From assembly GCA_002360495.1 (NCBI GenBank), contig DEQO01000196.1, positions 5,638 through 69,637 on the forward strand: DNA of 64,000 nucleotides, in the 5' to 3' direction. This document shows positions 42,431 to 52,979 of the stretch, piece by piece. The notes below the pieces were generated by a model that worked only from the letters and a program-made list of their open reading frames with translations, searched no databases and had not been told where the DNA came from. Position 1 is the stretch's first letter. Each line of letters opens with the position of its first letter. The DNA is from Flavobacteriales bacterium UBA3364. Lineage in GTDB: Bacteria > Bacteroidota > Bacteroidia > Flavobacteriales_F > PHOS-HE28. The translations under genes were made by a program, and so were the position numbers.

Positions 42431-43225
42431 TCACATCATCTGCATCGAAACACCCGCCAGATGCAATGCGATGATGACCCCGCCAACGATGATGCGGTAC
42501 CAGCCGAAGGCCACGAAGCCATGCCTGGTAAGGAATGTGATGAACGACCGGATCGCGATGAAGGCGACGATGAACGCGACCACATTGCCGATGGCGAAGA
42601 GTTGAAGGTGTTCATTGGTGAAGACGCCACCATCCTTCATATAGTCATAGATCGACTTCACCGTGGCCGCGAACATCGTCGGTACGGCAAGGAAGAAGCT
42701 GAACTCCGCAGCGTTCTTTCGTGTGAAGCCCTGCGTCATACCCCCGATGATGGTGGCGGCTGAGCGCGAAACTCCGGGTACCATCGCAACGCACTGCCAC
42801 ACGCCGATGGTGGCCGCTTGTTTGAAGGACATGGGCTGTTCCGTCGTCCCACCGGTGTCGGGGGCCAGACGGTCGATGAAGAGGAATACGATGCCGCCGA
42901 GGAACAACATCACACCCACAACGACCACGTTCTCCAACAGCAGGTCGATGTAGTCCTTGAAGAACAAGCCCGCGATCACCGCAGGGATGAAGCCTGCCAG
43001 GAGCTTCAGATAGAAATCGAAGCTCTGGAAGAAGCGCTTCCAGTAGAGCACGACCACGCTGAGGATCGTACCGAACTGGATCGCCACGGTGAAGAGCTTG
43101 ACGAATTCGTCCTGCTGGATCCCCATGATCGTGGACCCGATGATCATGTGGCCGGTGCTGGAGACGGGCAGGTACTCCGTGATCCCCTCGATGATCGCGA
43201 GGACGATCGCCTGAACGATGGTCAT
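42431..43225 (-). CDS. uppP: undecaprenyl-diphosphate phosphatase
   Basis: IEGITEYLPVSSTGHM, PGVSRSAATI; a multi-TM protein. Confidence 0.9.
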   Translation of the reverse strand: MTIVQAIVLAIIEGITEYLPVSSTGHMIIGSTIMGIQQDEFVKLFTVAIQFGTILSVVVLYWKRFFQSFDFYLKLLAGFIPAVIAGLFFKDYIDLLLENVVVVGVMLFLGGIVFLFIDRLAPDTGGTTEQPMSFKQAATIGVWQCVAMVPGVSRSAATIIGGMTQGFTRKNAAEFSFFLAVPTMFAATVKSIYDYMKDGGVFTNEHLQLFAIGNVVAFIVAFIAIRSFITFLTRHGFVAFGWYRIIVGGVIIALHLAGVSMQMM

Positions 43226-43479
43226 TTGTCGGAGCCGGTCGCGGTGGACTTCTTCAGGATGGCGTACACCACGAAGAGGTAGCCGATCAGCACGACGATG
43301 GGTGCAACCGTGATCCGGCGGGCACTGAAGATCTCGGCCTCATCGAACGCATTGGGATCACCATTCCCACCACCGGCCATGAGCACATAACCCAGCACCA
43401 CGATGCCGATGCCGATCAAGAGCAGGCGGTAGTTGGTGGCCGTAAAGGCCATGTCGTTGTTCAGGTCGAGTTTGGCCAT
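43222..43479 (-). CDS. DUF3098-like small membrane protein
   Basis: Internal ATG of ORF 43222..44457: MAKLDLNNDMAFTATNYRLLLIGIGIVVLGYVLMAGGG. Two TM helices. Stop overlaps the uppP start (ATGA). Its position between ftsX and uppP is typical of Bacteroidota. Confidence 0.65.
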   Translation of the reverse strand: MAKLDLNNDMAFTATNYRLLLIGIGIVVLGYVLMAGGGNGDPNAFDEAEIFSARRITVAPIVVLIGYLFVVYAILKKSTATGSDK

Positions 43480-43490
43480 GTGCGATCGGA

Positions 43491-44366
43491 TCAGCTCCAG
43501 TGAAGGTCCTCGGAATTCATGCGAAGGTAGCGCCGTACGGCGAACCAGGTGGAGATCAGGGAGATCAACAGGCCGAGGACCAGCACCCCGGCGAACAGGA
43601 GCGCCAGCGTCGACATGTCCGTGAAGGCGAGGAGATCGGGCATGTAATGTTGCACCAGTTGCAGCAGACCGACCAGCAAACCGATGGCCACGATGGCACC
43701 CACCACCCCCTGCCATAGGCTCTGTCCCAGGAAGGGCTTTTTGATGAACCACTGGGTCGCACCAACCAGATGCATGGTACGGATCAGGAAGCGCTTGCTG
43801 TAGATCGCCAGGCGGATGGTGTTGTTTATCAGCGCGATCGCGATGACCAATAACAATGCCGTGAAAAGCAGGACCAGCAGGCCCAATTTGTTCACTGTCG
43901 CATCGATATTCTCCACCACTGAGGAGTTGTAGGCCACCTCCTGGACCCGTTGGTCCTTCTTCAATTGCTCCACGATCCACTTCAGCGTGTCGGCCTGGGC
44001 GTAACTGGCATTCAACCGAAGTTCCACCGATGGATACAGTGGATTGCTGCCCAAGACCCCCAGAAAATCCTCGCCCAGGTCCTTTTTCAGTTGTTCTGCG
44101 GCTTCTTCGGCGGTCACGTAGCGCGTCTCGTACGTGTAATCCTCGGTATCCAGTTCTTTCCGGAACTGCATCACGTCCACTTCCTTCAGGTCGCGTTTCA
44201 GGAACAGTTCCACGCGTACGTTTTCCTTGAAATAGCGCTCCAAGGCGTGGGCGTTGAGCACCAGGAAGCCCAGTACCCCGAGCATGAACAGCACCAAGGC
44301 GATGCCGATCACCGTGCTGACGTTCGAGGTGCGGGTCCGGGACTTCAGATAGCGATGGTCGCTCAT
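43491..44366 (-). CDS. ftsX: cell division ABC-transporter permease-like protein FtsX
   Basis: 291 aa. N-terminal TM helix, a periplasmic loop with VELFLKRDL, and three C-terminal TM helices with the RTMHLVGAT motif region. Confidence 0.8.
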   Translation of the reverse strand: MSDHRYLKSRTRTSNVSTVIGIALVLFMLGVLGFLVLNAHALERYFKENVRVELFLKRDLKEVDVMQFRKELDTEDYTYETRYVTAEEAAEQLKKDLGEDFLGVLGSNPLYPSVELRLNASYAQADTLKWIVEQLKKDQRVQEVAYNSSVVENIDATVNKLGLLVLLFTALLLVIAIALINNTIRLAIYSKRFLIRTMHLVGATQWFIKKPFLGQSLWQGVVGAIVAIGLLVGLLQLVQHYMPDLLAFTDMSTLALLFAGVLVLGLLISLISTWFAVRRYLRMNSEDLHWS

Positions 44367-44554
44367 GCGGCGGCGAAAGTAAGGGCCGGGGCGGGATGGG
44401 GCGCTGAAGCGCCTCGCTATTCACCGCAGCGGCGCAGAGAACGCAGCAATAGCGCAACGGAGATCTTGCGCTGCGAATTCTTTGCGGACGCTGCGTCGTT
44501 GCGGTGGGTCTTCATTACACTTTCTACCTTCAGGGTGGATCAGAACGAAACTGC

Positions 44555-44821
44555 ATGCGAGATCGGGACAAAGACCGAGAACCTCCGAGCCTTGGGACGG
44601 CCGGCCCTTATGTGGCTTTCGTCTGCGGTGGGATCATCCTGCTCATCGGTGTCTACTTGGAGTTCATCGGAGCCGGGGCAGCCGGTTACACGTTGGCAGG
44701 TCGTAGCGGAACAGGAGGAGGTGAGCCGATCACGGTCCCGGGCTGGGGGTACATAGCGATCGGCTCTTTTTTCTTCCTTCCGGGAGCTTGTTATTTACTT
44801 CTCACCCGGCGACGTCGGTAG
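44555..44821 (+). CDS. possible small two-TM membrane protein
   Basis: The ATG at 44555 gives MRDRDKDREPPSLGTAGPYVAFVCGGIILLIGVYLEFIG...GYIAIGSFFFLPGACYLLL. Lies in the ftsX-leuS divergent region. Weak support. Confidence 0.3.
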   Translation: MRDRDKDREPPSLGTAGPYVAFVCGGIILLIGVYLEFIGAGAAGYTLAGRSGTGGGEPITVPGWGYIAIGSFFFLPGACYLLLTRRRR

Positions 44822-44915
44822 CTCCGTCAGCGCAGGGCATGGCTACGTGGCCGTCGTCGCCTTTGCGGTAGGTCTTCACCTCGCCTTCTACCTTCGCGCT
44901 CAGTAGCACAGGACT

Positions 44916-47900
44916 ATGCAGTACGATCCGAAGGACATCGAGAAGAAGTGGCGGGAGAAGTGGAGGAACGACAAGACCTACCGGGTCCTGAACGATGCCT
45001 CCAAGCCGAAATACTACGTCCTCGACATGTTCCCGTACCCCAGCGGTGCCGGACTGCATGTGGGCCATCCGCTCGGCTACATCGCGAGCGACATCGTGGC
45101 ACGCTTCAAACGGCACAACGGATTCAATGTGCTGCACCCCATGGGCTACGACAGCTTCGGCCTGCCTGCGGAGCAGTACGCGATCCAGACCGGGCAGCAT
45201 CCAGCGAAGACCACGGAGGTGAACATCGCGCGTTACCGCGAACAACTGGACAACATCGCCTTCAGTTTCGATTGGGACCGCGAGGTGCGCACCAGCGATC
45301 CATCCTATTACAAGTGGACACAGTGGATCTTCCTACAGCTCTTCGATAGCTGGTATGACCACGAGGCGCAACGCGCGCGACCCATCATGGAGTTGCTTGC
45401 ACGGTTCGAGATCCAAGGCTGGCATGCGGCCGATACCGCCGCCCTCACCGGTGATGTGGAAGAGGAATTGGGTGCCTTCACCGCTGCCGAGTGGAAGGCC
45501 TTCGATAGCCGCACGAGGCATCGCATCCTGCAGAACTTCCGCCTGGCCTACCTCAGTGAAGCCTGGGTGAACTGGTGTCCCGCGCTGGGCACCGTGCTGG
45601 CGAACGATGAGGTGAAGGACGGCGTGAGCGAGCGCGGGGGCCACCCCGTGGAGCGCAAACGGATGCCGCAGTGGAGCATGCGCATCACCGCTTATGCGCA
45701 GCGTTTGTTAAACGGGCTTGACACGCTGGATTGGAGCGAGAGCATCAAGGAGGCGCAGCGCAATTGGATCGGAAGGAGCGAAGGTGCTTTGGTGCGCTTC
45801 AACCTCAAGCACGGCGCGGGTGATATCGAGGTCTTCACCACACGTCCGGACACGCTCTTCGGCGTCACTTTCGTGACACTGGCACCCGAGCATGAATTGG
45901 TGGAGGTGATCACGCTTGCGGAGCGTCGGGAGGAAGTGATGGCCTACGTGACCACGGCCAAGAACCGCAGCGAACGCGACCGAATGGCCGATGTGAAGAC
46001 GGTGAGCGGGGTGTTCACCGGTGCGTACTGCATTCATCCCTTCACCGGAAAGGAAGTGCCGGTCTGGGTGGGCGACTACGTGCTCGGTGGCTACGGAACC
46101 GGCGCCGTGATGGCCGTGCCCGGCGGCGACCAACGCGATTGGAATTTCGCAACGTACTTCGGCCTGCCGATCATCGCGGTGACGGAAGGCGCGGACATCG
46201 GCAAGGAGGCCGACGAACGCAAGGATGCGACGATTAGCAGCGAAGGATTCCTGAAAGGCCTGAAAGTGCCCGATGCGATCAAGCGCTCCATCGATGAATT
46301 GGTGAAGATCGGTGCCGGTGAACGCCGTATCAACTTCCGGTTGCGCGATGCCGCTTTCGGTCGCCAGCGCTACTGGGGCGAACCGATCCCGATCTACTAC
46401 AAGGATGGTGTGCCCTACGCCCTGCCTGAGAGCGAGCTTCCCCTGAGGCTTCCCGAGGTGGACAAGTTCCTCCCCACCGAGGATGGTGAACCACCGCTCG
46501 CACGCGCCGCGAACTGGAATTATCAAGGCCATCCGTTGGAGACCACGACCATGCCCGGCTGGGCCGGCAGCAGCTGGTACTTCCTGCGCTACATGGACCC
46601 GCACAACGAAGGTCGCTTCGCCTCGCCGGAAGCCGTGAACTACTGGCAGCAAGTGGACCTCTACATGGGCGGCAGCGAACACGCCACCGGCCACCTGCTT
46701 TACTTTCGCTTCTGGACCAAGTTCCTACATGACCGCGGCTGGATCAACTTCGATGAACCCGCGAAGAAGCTGGTGAATCAGGGGATGATTCAGGGTGTAT
46801 CACAATACATCTTTCGCATAGTGCCAGTCATACCGGATGGCCCACGAGAGTTTACTATGCTGCGTTTGAACCTCAACGGCATACAAGGAGAAATCACGCT
46901 CCCGGCTCCAACCAAGTTCGTCTATGTCAGCGCAGATGCGAAGGATTACTTCAGCGGGTTGGGCACCAGGCTTCCCAATTCAACCACGTTCCTTCCCATC
47001 AACTATTTGTTCCAACGACTCCCTGTCGACGTCAAGCATGTTCAGTCTGGAGAACTGCTGCTGGGACCTTTCATCGATTCTCTGAATGTCGATGCCAATG
47101 AGGAGGTGCAATTCATCTTTCATGCAGGCATCATATCTCGATTGAATGGTGCAGCTCGATTCCCTGGGGTACAGGAGACCTTTAGGTTCCTCACCGGGGA
47201 TATCGGCCGGCCTAGGACAGAGCCCGAGGTAGAGAAGATGTCCAAATCGAAAATGAACGTCGTCAACCCCGACGACATCATTTCGAAATACGGCGCTGAC
47301 ACGCTGCGGCTGTATGAGATGTTCCTTGGTCCGCTGGAGCAGAGCAAGCCATGGGACACCAACGGCATCGAAGGCACCTTCCGCTTCCTCCGGAAATTCT
47401 GGAATCTCTTCCACGGTGCGGATGATGTATTCGGCGTGAGCGATGAGGCCGCCACCAAGCCCGAACTGAAAGTGCTGCACGCCACCATCAAGAAGGTGAG
47501 TGAGGACATCGAGAAGATGAGCTTCAACACCAGCGTGAGCCAGTTCATGATCGCGGTGAACGAGCTTGGCACGCTGAAGTGCAACAAGCGCGCGGTGCTG
47601 GAACCGCTGGTGATCACGCTCACGCCCTTCGCCCCGCACATTGCGGAAGAGCTCTGGGAGAAACTGGGGCACAGCACCAGTGTCACCCTGGCCCCTTGGC
47701 CGAAATGGGATGCCAGCCATTTGGTGGAGGACAGCTTCAGCTACCCCATCAGCTTCAACGGGAAAACACGGCTGCAGATGGAATTCCCCATCGCTTTGGA
47801 TGCGAAAAGTGTGGAAGCCGCCGTTCTGGCTGACCCGGAGGTGCAATTGCGCCTGGAAGGCAAGTCCCCCAAGAAGGTGATCGTCGTGCCGAAACGGATC

Positions 47901-47918
47901 GTCAATATCGTGGTATGA
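44916..47918 (+). CDS. leuS: leucine--tRNA ligase
   Basis: PYPSGAGLHVGHPLGY (HIGH), KMSKSKMN (KMSKS), 1000 aa. There are 146 aa between NQGMIQG and KMSKS. Confidence 0.95.
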   Translation: MQYDPKDIEKKWREKWRNDKTYRVLNDASKPKYYVLDMFPYPSGAGLHVGHPLGYIASDIVARFKRHNGFNVLHPMGYDSFGLPAEQYAIQTGQHPAKTTEVNIARYREQLDNIAFSFDWDREVRTSDPSYYKWTQWIFLQLFDSWYDHEAQRARPIMELLARFEIQGWHAADTAALTGDVEEELGAFTAAEWKAFDSRTRHRILQNFRLAYLSEAWVNWCPALGTVLANDEVKDGVSERGGHPVERKRMPQWSMRITAYAQRLLNGLDTLDWSESIKEAQRNWIGRSEGALVRFNLKHGAGDIEVFTTRPDTLFGVTFVTLAPEHELVEVITLAERREEVMAYVTTAKNRSERDRMADVKTVSGVFTGAYCIHPFTGKEVPVWVGDYVLGGYGTGAVMAVPGGDQRDWNFATYFGLPIIAVTEGADIGKEADERKDATISSEGFLKGLKVPDAIKRSIDELVKIGAGERRINFRLRDAAFGRQRYWGEPIPIYYKDGVPYALPESELPLRLPEVDKFLPTEDGEPPLARAANWNYQGHPLETTTMPGWAGSSWYFLRYMDPHNEGRFASPEAVNYWQQVDLYMGGSEHATGHLLYFRFWTKFLHDRGWINFDEPAKKLVNQGMIQGVSQYIFRIVPVIPDGPREFTMLRLNLNGIQGEITLPAPTKFVYVSADAKDYFSGLGTRLPNSTTFLPINYLFQRLPVDVKHVQSGELLLGPFIDSLNVDANEEVQFIFHAGIISRLNGAARFPGVQETFRFLTGDIGRPRTEPEVEKMSKSKMNVVNPDDIISKYGADTLRLYEMFLGPLEQSKPWDTNGIEGTFRFLRKFWNLFHGADDVFGVSDEAATKPELKVLHATIKKVSEDIEKMSFNTSVSQFMIAVNELGTLKCNKRAVLEPLVITLTPFAPHIAEELWEKLGHSTSVTLAPWPKWDASHLVEDSFSYPISFNGKTRLQMEFPIALDAKSVEAAVLADPEVQLRLEGKSPKKVIVVPKRIVNIVV

Positions 47919-48088
47919 TGAATGCGTTGAAGGCTGTAGGCTGCTTGCTGCTAGCCCCTTATCGCCAGGCGATCGGGGCATCGCCGCGTCGGGCAGCTGG
48001 CTCTAAGGTGCTGGAGCGTGCCGACCAGCGAAGGGTGACCAGCCAGAAGCCAAGAGCGCATTGGCATCCGGTTTGCACTCCACGCGCC

Positions 48089-48907
48089 ATGGCACGTTCA
48101 ACCACGTTCGTTTTACTCGGCTTCGGTTTGTTGTCCATGAGCTTCGCGCAGCAGGCGACCATCAAGGACGCGGATGCCCCTCATGAACTGTATCCCCTTC
48201 GGGACCTGAAGCACAATGCGTTCCAGCCCGGCGAGAAGTTGACGTATATCGTCCACTACGGTTGGGTGAATGCTGGTGAAGCCGTGGTGCAATTGAAGGA
48301 AAGCGACCGCGAGATCCAGGGCCGCAAGGTCTGGGTGGCCACCGGCAAGGGCCGCAGCCTCGGGGCCTTCAACACCTTCTACAAGGTGGACGATTTCTAC
48401 GAGACGCATTTCGATGCCCAAGGCGTTTTCCCATACGCCTTCGTGCGCCGCGTGAGCGAGGGTGGGTACAACTTCAGCCAGGACTACCTCTACAACCAGG
48501 TCCGCGGCGAGGTGACCACGCAGAAAAAGGCCACGCACAAAGTGCCGCCCAGCGTGCAGGACATGCTCAGTGCATTCTACTACGCCCGCACGTTCGACTT
48601 CAGCACCGTGGAACCGGGCGATGAGTTCATGATCATGACCTTCCTCGATGACGAACTGTGGCCCCTGCGGATGAAGTTCGTCAAGCGGGAGACCATTAAG
48701 CTGCGCAACGGGAAGTACCGTTGCATGAAGTTCCAACCGGTCGTGCAGGAGGGGCGGATCTTCAAGGGCAACGACGACCTCAACGTATGGATCACCGATG
48801 ACGGCAATCGCATCCCTGTCCTCGCCCAAGCCAAGGTGATCGTGGGTTCCATCAAGATGGAGCTCAGTGGCTACGAGGGTCTGGTGCATCCCATCGCTAA
48901 GGAGTAG
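48089..48907 (+). CDS. DUF3108-like exported protein
   Basis: ATG at 48089. Signal peptide MARSTTFVLLGFGLLSMSFAQQ. GEKLTYIVHYGWVNAGEAVVQL pattern. Confidence 0.6.
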   Translation: MARSTTFVLLGFGLLSMSFAQQATIKDADAPHELYPLRDLKHNAFQPGEKLTYIVHYGWVNAGEAVVQLKESDREIQGRKVWVATGKGRSLGAFNTFYKVDDFYETHFDAQGVFPYAFVRRVSEGGYNFSQDYLYNQVRGEVTTQKKATHKVPPSVQDMLSAFYYARTFDFSTVEPGDEFMIMTFLDDELWPLRMKFVKRETIKLRNGKYRCMKFQPVVQEGRIFKGNDDLNVWITDDGNRIPVLAQAKVIVGSIKMELSGYEGLVHPIAKE

Positions 48908-49013
48908 GACCATTGCTCAGGGTGGCGGATCTCGCAGGTGAACATCCCGGCGTGGAAAGGATGTGGGCGCATCGCCCGCCGGCAAGCGAATAGTGCCGTT
49001 CCTTGGTCGTCCG

Positions 49014-50288
49014 ATGAAACTGTGGCAGAAAGGTCTTGCGGTGCTCGCTGCCGGGTGCAGCGTTGGTTTCTTCTTTCTGGCAGTGGATGTCAGTCCGCGC
49101 GTGGAGTATGTGCCGGATCCCGTGGTGGACGTGCCCGAGGACACCGTGCCACTGCCGCCGGACGCGTACGGGATCCCGATGGCCGGGTATATCCTCGAGC
49201 AGGGTGTGGTGAAGTCCGGCGATACGTTCGGCGCCTTGCTCCACGTGCGTGGCGTGGAGCAAGGTGACATCCAGGGCCTGGTGGAGCTGGCACTTCCACA
49301 TTTCGATGTCAAGCGCATGCGTACGGATCATCCGTATGCCTTCATTTTCAAAGAGGAGAACGCCTTGGGCCCGGACTACTTCGTGTACGAGGCCGATCCT
49401 GTTCGCTACGTGGTGTTCCGCCTCCACGACGGTCTTGCGGTGAACGTCGGTGAGCGGCCGGTGGTCACCGAAGAACACAGCATTGCCTGCCTGGCCACCG
49501 GTGCGTTGTACAACGACATTGCGCGGGCCGGGGCCGATCCCCGCCTGGCCATGCAGCTGGCCGAGGTCTTTGCCTGGACGGTCGACTTCTACCGCATCCA
49601 GAAGGACGATGTGTTCTCCGTGGTCTATCGGGAGAAGAGCGTTGACGGCGTGCCCTACGGCGAACCTGAGATCGTCGGTGCGCGCTACATCAGTGAGGGC
49701 CGTGTGAAGGAGGCCTATCGCTTCGCACAGAACGATGGCGTGGAGCAATACTATGATGATGAGGGCAGGAGCCTTAAGAAGGCTTTCCTGCAAGCACCGC
49801 TGAAGTACAGCCGCATTTCATCGGGGTTCAGCAACAAGCGGTTGCATCCGGTGCAACGGGTGATGAAGGCGCACTTGGGTACCGACTATGCTGCTGCGTA
49901 CGGCACCCCGATCCTCGCGGTCGGTGATGGTATCGTGGAGAAGACCGGCCATTCCGGTGGCAACGGCAACTACGTGAAGATCCGACACAACGGCACGTAC
50001 ACGACGCAGTACCTCCACATGCGCAAGATCCTCGTGAAGCAGGGCAGCGCCGTCCAACAGGGCCAGGTCATCGGGGAGGTGGGCAGCACAGGGCTCGCCA
50101 CCGGCCCGCACGTCTGCTTCCGATTCTGGAAGAACGGTGTGCAAGTGGACCATCGCAAGGAGGAGTTCCCGAATACCGAGCCACTTGCGGAAGAGTTGAT
50201 GGCTTCCTTCAACGAATTCAAGGAACCCGTTCGCGAGGAACTTTTTGCAGCCGAGAAGACGGCGCGTGGCCGTGTGGTGAATTTCTAA
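49014..50288 (+). CDS. M23-family metallopeptidase
   Basis: ATG at 49014 (MKLWQKGLAVLAAGC). HLGTDYAAAYGTPILAVGDG, GNYVKIRHNGTYTTQYLHM, GSTGLATGPHVCF (the HxxxD and HxH context of LytM/M23). Confidence 0.85.
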   Translation: MKLWQKGLAVLAAGCSVGFFFLAVDVSPRVEYVPDPVVDVPEDTVPLPPDAYGIPMAGYILEQGVVKSGDTFGALLHVRGVEQGDIQGLVELALPHFDVKRMRTDHPYAFIFKEENALGPDYFVYEADPVRYVVFRLHDGLAVNVGERPVVTEEHSIACLATGALYNDIARAGADPRLAMQLAEVFAWTVDFYRIQKDDVFSVVYREKSVDGVPYGEPEIVGARYISEGRVKEAYRFAQNDGVEQYYDDEGRSLKKAFLQAPLKYSRISSGFSNKRLHPVQRVMKAHLGTDYAAAYGTPILAVGDGIVEKTGHSGGNGNYVKIRHNGTYTTQYLHMRKILVKQGSAVQQGQVIGEVGSTGLATGPHVCFRFWKNGVQVDHRKEEFPNTEPLAEELMASFNEFKEPVREELFAAEKTARGRVVNF

Positions 50289-50932
50289 CCAGCCAGGGCC
50301 TTTATCCCTGCGGTCGTATGGATGTGGACACCGCTATCGGTTCCCGCCGCCGCGCTCAGTAGTGCTTTTGCCAGGGTCCGGTAGGGCATCGGGCGTGACC
50401 TTGTCGGCAGGAGCGGGGCTAGGAATTTCATCAGGACCAGACCCGCCCGTTCACCCGGTCGGTCCTCCTTCCTTGGGCCATCCAGGATGGAAGGCCGGAA
50501 GATGTGGAGGGCCTGGAACGTGAGCCTCCGAAGGTCCATCTCGACGCGGCCTTTGACACGGTTATAGAAGAACGCACTGTTCGGATCGGCGCCCAACGCA
50601 CTTACCAAGCAGAAGCGCGTATCGGAACCTTCCGCCCAGCGTGCAAGGGCAAGGACAAGCTCCAGGTCCACATGCACAAAGGCTTTCTTATCTCCCTTGA
50701 CATTGCGCATCGTTGTGCCAAGGCAGCAGATCACCGCATCGACACGCTCGTTCCTCAGTCCTTCGATCAGGCTGACCGGTCCAGGCGCCCAATGTTCCGA
50801 TCCGTTCGTGTTGGGCATTGCCCGCCGCCCCCATGTGATCACCCGGCCGAAACGCTGATCAGCCAAGGCAAGTTCCACCACGGCCGAACCGACCAGTCCC
50901 GTCGCCCCGGCAACAAGAAGTGAGCGCTTCAT
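50285..50932 (-). CDS. NAD(P)H-binding (SDR-like) protein
   Basis: ATG at 50932. MKRSLLVAGATGLVGSAVV is a Rossmann GxxGxxG motif. Confidence 0.7.
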   Translation of the reverse strand: MKRSLLVAGATGLVGSAVVELALADQRFGRVITWGRRAMPNTNGSEHWAPGPVSLIEGLRNERVDAVICCLGTTMRNVKGDKKAFVHVDLELVLALARWAEGSDTRFCLVSALGADPNSAFFYNRVKGRVEMDLRRLTFQALHIFRPSILDGPRKEDRPGERAGLVLMKFLAPLLPTRSRPMPYRTLAKALLSAAAGTDSGVHIHTTAGIKALAG

Positions 50933-51005
50933 GGAAGAAATGTAGGCCATCATATTGTTTATGAAGTAAACATGTCTACATTTGTACCATACAACAGCAC
51001 GAGCC

Positions 51006-51590
51006 ATGGACACCAACCTCAGTCCCGAACAAAGTCTGAAGCTGATCGAAAGCATGATCGGTCAGGCCAAGAAGAGTTTCCACCGCATCAGTTTCTACTT
51101 CCTTTTGTGGGGGATATTGCTCACGTTGGCCATGGTGGCACAACTCGTCACAGCACGGTCGGCGCCCGGCGCTGAAGGGTGGGGTTGGATCCTGGCAAGC
51201 ATCCTCGGTGGCATCGGTTCGGCGGTTTACGGCGCACGTGAAGGTCGTCGTGAGCAAGCTGAAACGTTGGCGGATCGTGTGATGATGTGGCTGTGGATGG
51301 CGTTCGTGATCACCTTGTTCGCCACCGGTGTTGGAGCAGGAGTTGCGGGATACTCAACTCCCGTGGGTTCCATCATCATCCTCACGGGCCTGCCGACGTT
51401 CACGACCGGACAGCTCATCCGGTTCAAACCGCTCATTTTCGGTGGCGTCCTATTCTGGGTGCTCGGTGTGATCAGTTTCTTCGTGGAGCCGTTCATCATG
51501 GGTATGCTGCACATCGTGAGCATGGTATTCGGCTACATCATTCCGGGCATCATGCTCAAGCGGCAAGAGAATGGCCTTCGCACCGCTTGA
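51006..51590 (+). CDS. hypothetical multi-TM membrane protein
   Basis: ATG at 51006 (MDTNLSPEQSLKLIESMI) followed by about five hydrophobic helices. Overlaps the downstream regulator gene by 20 nt. Confidence 0.55.
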   Translation: MDTNLSPEQSLKLIESMIGQAKKSFHRISFYFLLWGILLTLAMVAQLVTARSAPGAEGWGWILASILGGIGSAVYGAREGRREQAETLADRVMMWLWMAFVITLFATGVGAGVAGYSTPVGSIIILTGLPTFTTGQLIRFKPLIFGGVLFWVLGVISFFVEPFIMGMLHIVSMVFGYIIPGIMLKRQENGLRTA

Positions 51591-51858
51591 TCCCGTTCTG
51601 CACAACCAGCTCAGGCTTGCCGTGGTGAGCCTGCTGGTGGCCGTGGAAGAGGGGGACTTCAATTTCCTCCTGGAGAAGACCGGGGCAACGCGCGGCAACC
51701 TGAGCGTACAGATCACGAAGCTGAAGGATGCCGGATACATCACCGTGACGAAGACCTTCAAGGACAACTACCCGAACACCCAATGCAGTATGACGCCGAA
51801 AGGGATCGGAGCCTTTGAACTGTATGTGAAGGCGATCAAGGACTATTTGGGGAAGTGA
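51571..51858 (+). CDS. winged-helix (HTH_34-like) transcriptional regulator
   Basis: LDPVLHNQLRLAVVSLLVAVEEGDFNFLLEKTGATRGNLSVQITKLKDAGYITVTK. Confidence 0.7.
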   Translation: MAFAPLDPVLHNQLRLAVVSLLVAVEEGDFNFLLEKTGATRGNLSVQITKLKDAGYITVTKTFKDNYPNTQCSMTPKGIGAFELYVKAIKDYLGK

Positions 51859-51907
51859 GCCGGTTCGGGGCCATCGATGTTCGTCGGGTCGTTCCCGTGC
51901 CCCGTCG

Positions 51908-52933
51908 GTGGCCCAGCTTCTTTTTGTCGAGTTCTTGTCCACTTCGGGGAACCTGCTGCGTAGACAGCCGCAGGACTCCCCGCCTGTGGTGACCTGTGCG
52001 ACATATCGAACCTCCCTTCCCACGCTGATCGCGGTCGGTCTGCTGTTGTCCCTTTCGGCGTGCAAGAAGGAAGAGGTGGAGGTGCGGCCCGACAACCAGG
52101 CGCCGGACTACTATGGAGTACCCACGGTCGTGGTGCAGAACTACGTGAACCGCTTGTTCATCGACCTGCTGGGCCGTGAGCCGGTGGATGCGGAGATGAA
52201 CGCCGAGGTGGCCACCTTGGAAAGCGCCGGCCTTTCTTCCGGATCGCGCATCGCATTGGTGAACAAGCTGATGACCAGCACGGTCTTCGTGGAAGGTGAT
52301 TCCAGCTACAAGAACGCCTACTACCAACGGCAGTACGAAGGCTTCAAAGCCCGCTTCCTGGAGGGCGTGAGCGACGAGGTGATCGATGGGTTCATCGGGA
52401 ATGCGGCCCAAGCGGCCCTGGCCGATTCGCTGAGCGGGAACGCACAGGGAGCAAGTGAAAGCAACAGCGCGCTACAGCGATTGCTCCGATTGAAGAATTC
52501 CCGCACCCAATTCCGGGATGGGCTGATCAACGTGAACGAAGTTGTGAAGCGGATGATGCTCAACGCCGTGTACGACGAGATCAACATGAACACGTTCAAC
52601 TTCTTGAACGCATCCTTCGACAACCTGCTGTTCCGCTACCCGACGGATGCCGAGTTCGATGCCGGATACACGATGGTGGAGAACAATGCAAGTGCGCTCC
52701 TCTTCGGACAAAGCGGTCAGAACAAGGCCGCGTATCTCGACATCCTGGTGCAGAGTGCCGAGGGACACGAAGGACTGGTACGCCTGTGCTACCGCACCTT
52801 CCTTGGTCGAGACCCCAGCACGTTCGAGGCCTACCAACTCACCACCGCGTTCCGGGCCGATCACGACCTGCAACGCCTGCAACGCTCCATCCTCATCGGC
52901 GATGAATACGCCGGACTCTCCAACAACCAATAA
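51908..52933 (+). CDS. lipoprotein with DUF4214-like motifs
   Basis: Lipobox LLLSLSAC. VNRLFIDLLGREPVDAEM and CYRTFLGRDPSTFE motifs. The ORF-track start is GTG; GTG at 51986 or 51989 is also possible. Confidence 0.55.
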   Translation: MAQLLFVEFLSTSGNLLRRQPQDSPPVVTCATYRTSLPTLIAVGLLLSLSACKKEEVEVRPDNQAPDYYGVPTVVVQNYVNRLFIDLLGREPVDAEMNAEVATLESAGLSSGSRIALVNKLMTSTVFVEGDSSYKNAYYQRQYEGFKARFLEGVSDEVIDGFIGNAAQAALADSLSGNAQGASESNSALQRLLRLKNSRTQFRDGLINVNEVVKRMMLNAVYDEINMNTFNFLNASFDNLLFRYPTDAEFDAGYTMVENNASALLFGQSGQNKAAYLDILVQSAEGHEGLVRLCYRTFLGRDPSTFEAYQLTTAFRADHDLQRLQRSILIGDEYAGLSNNQ

Positions 52934-52979
52934 GGGCGGGAGATACCTCGCCCCAGCAACCAAGCCAACACCCAACACC

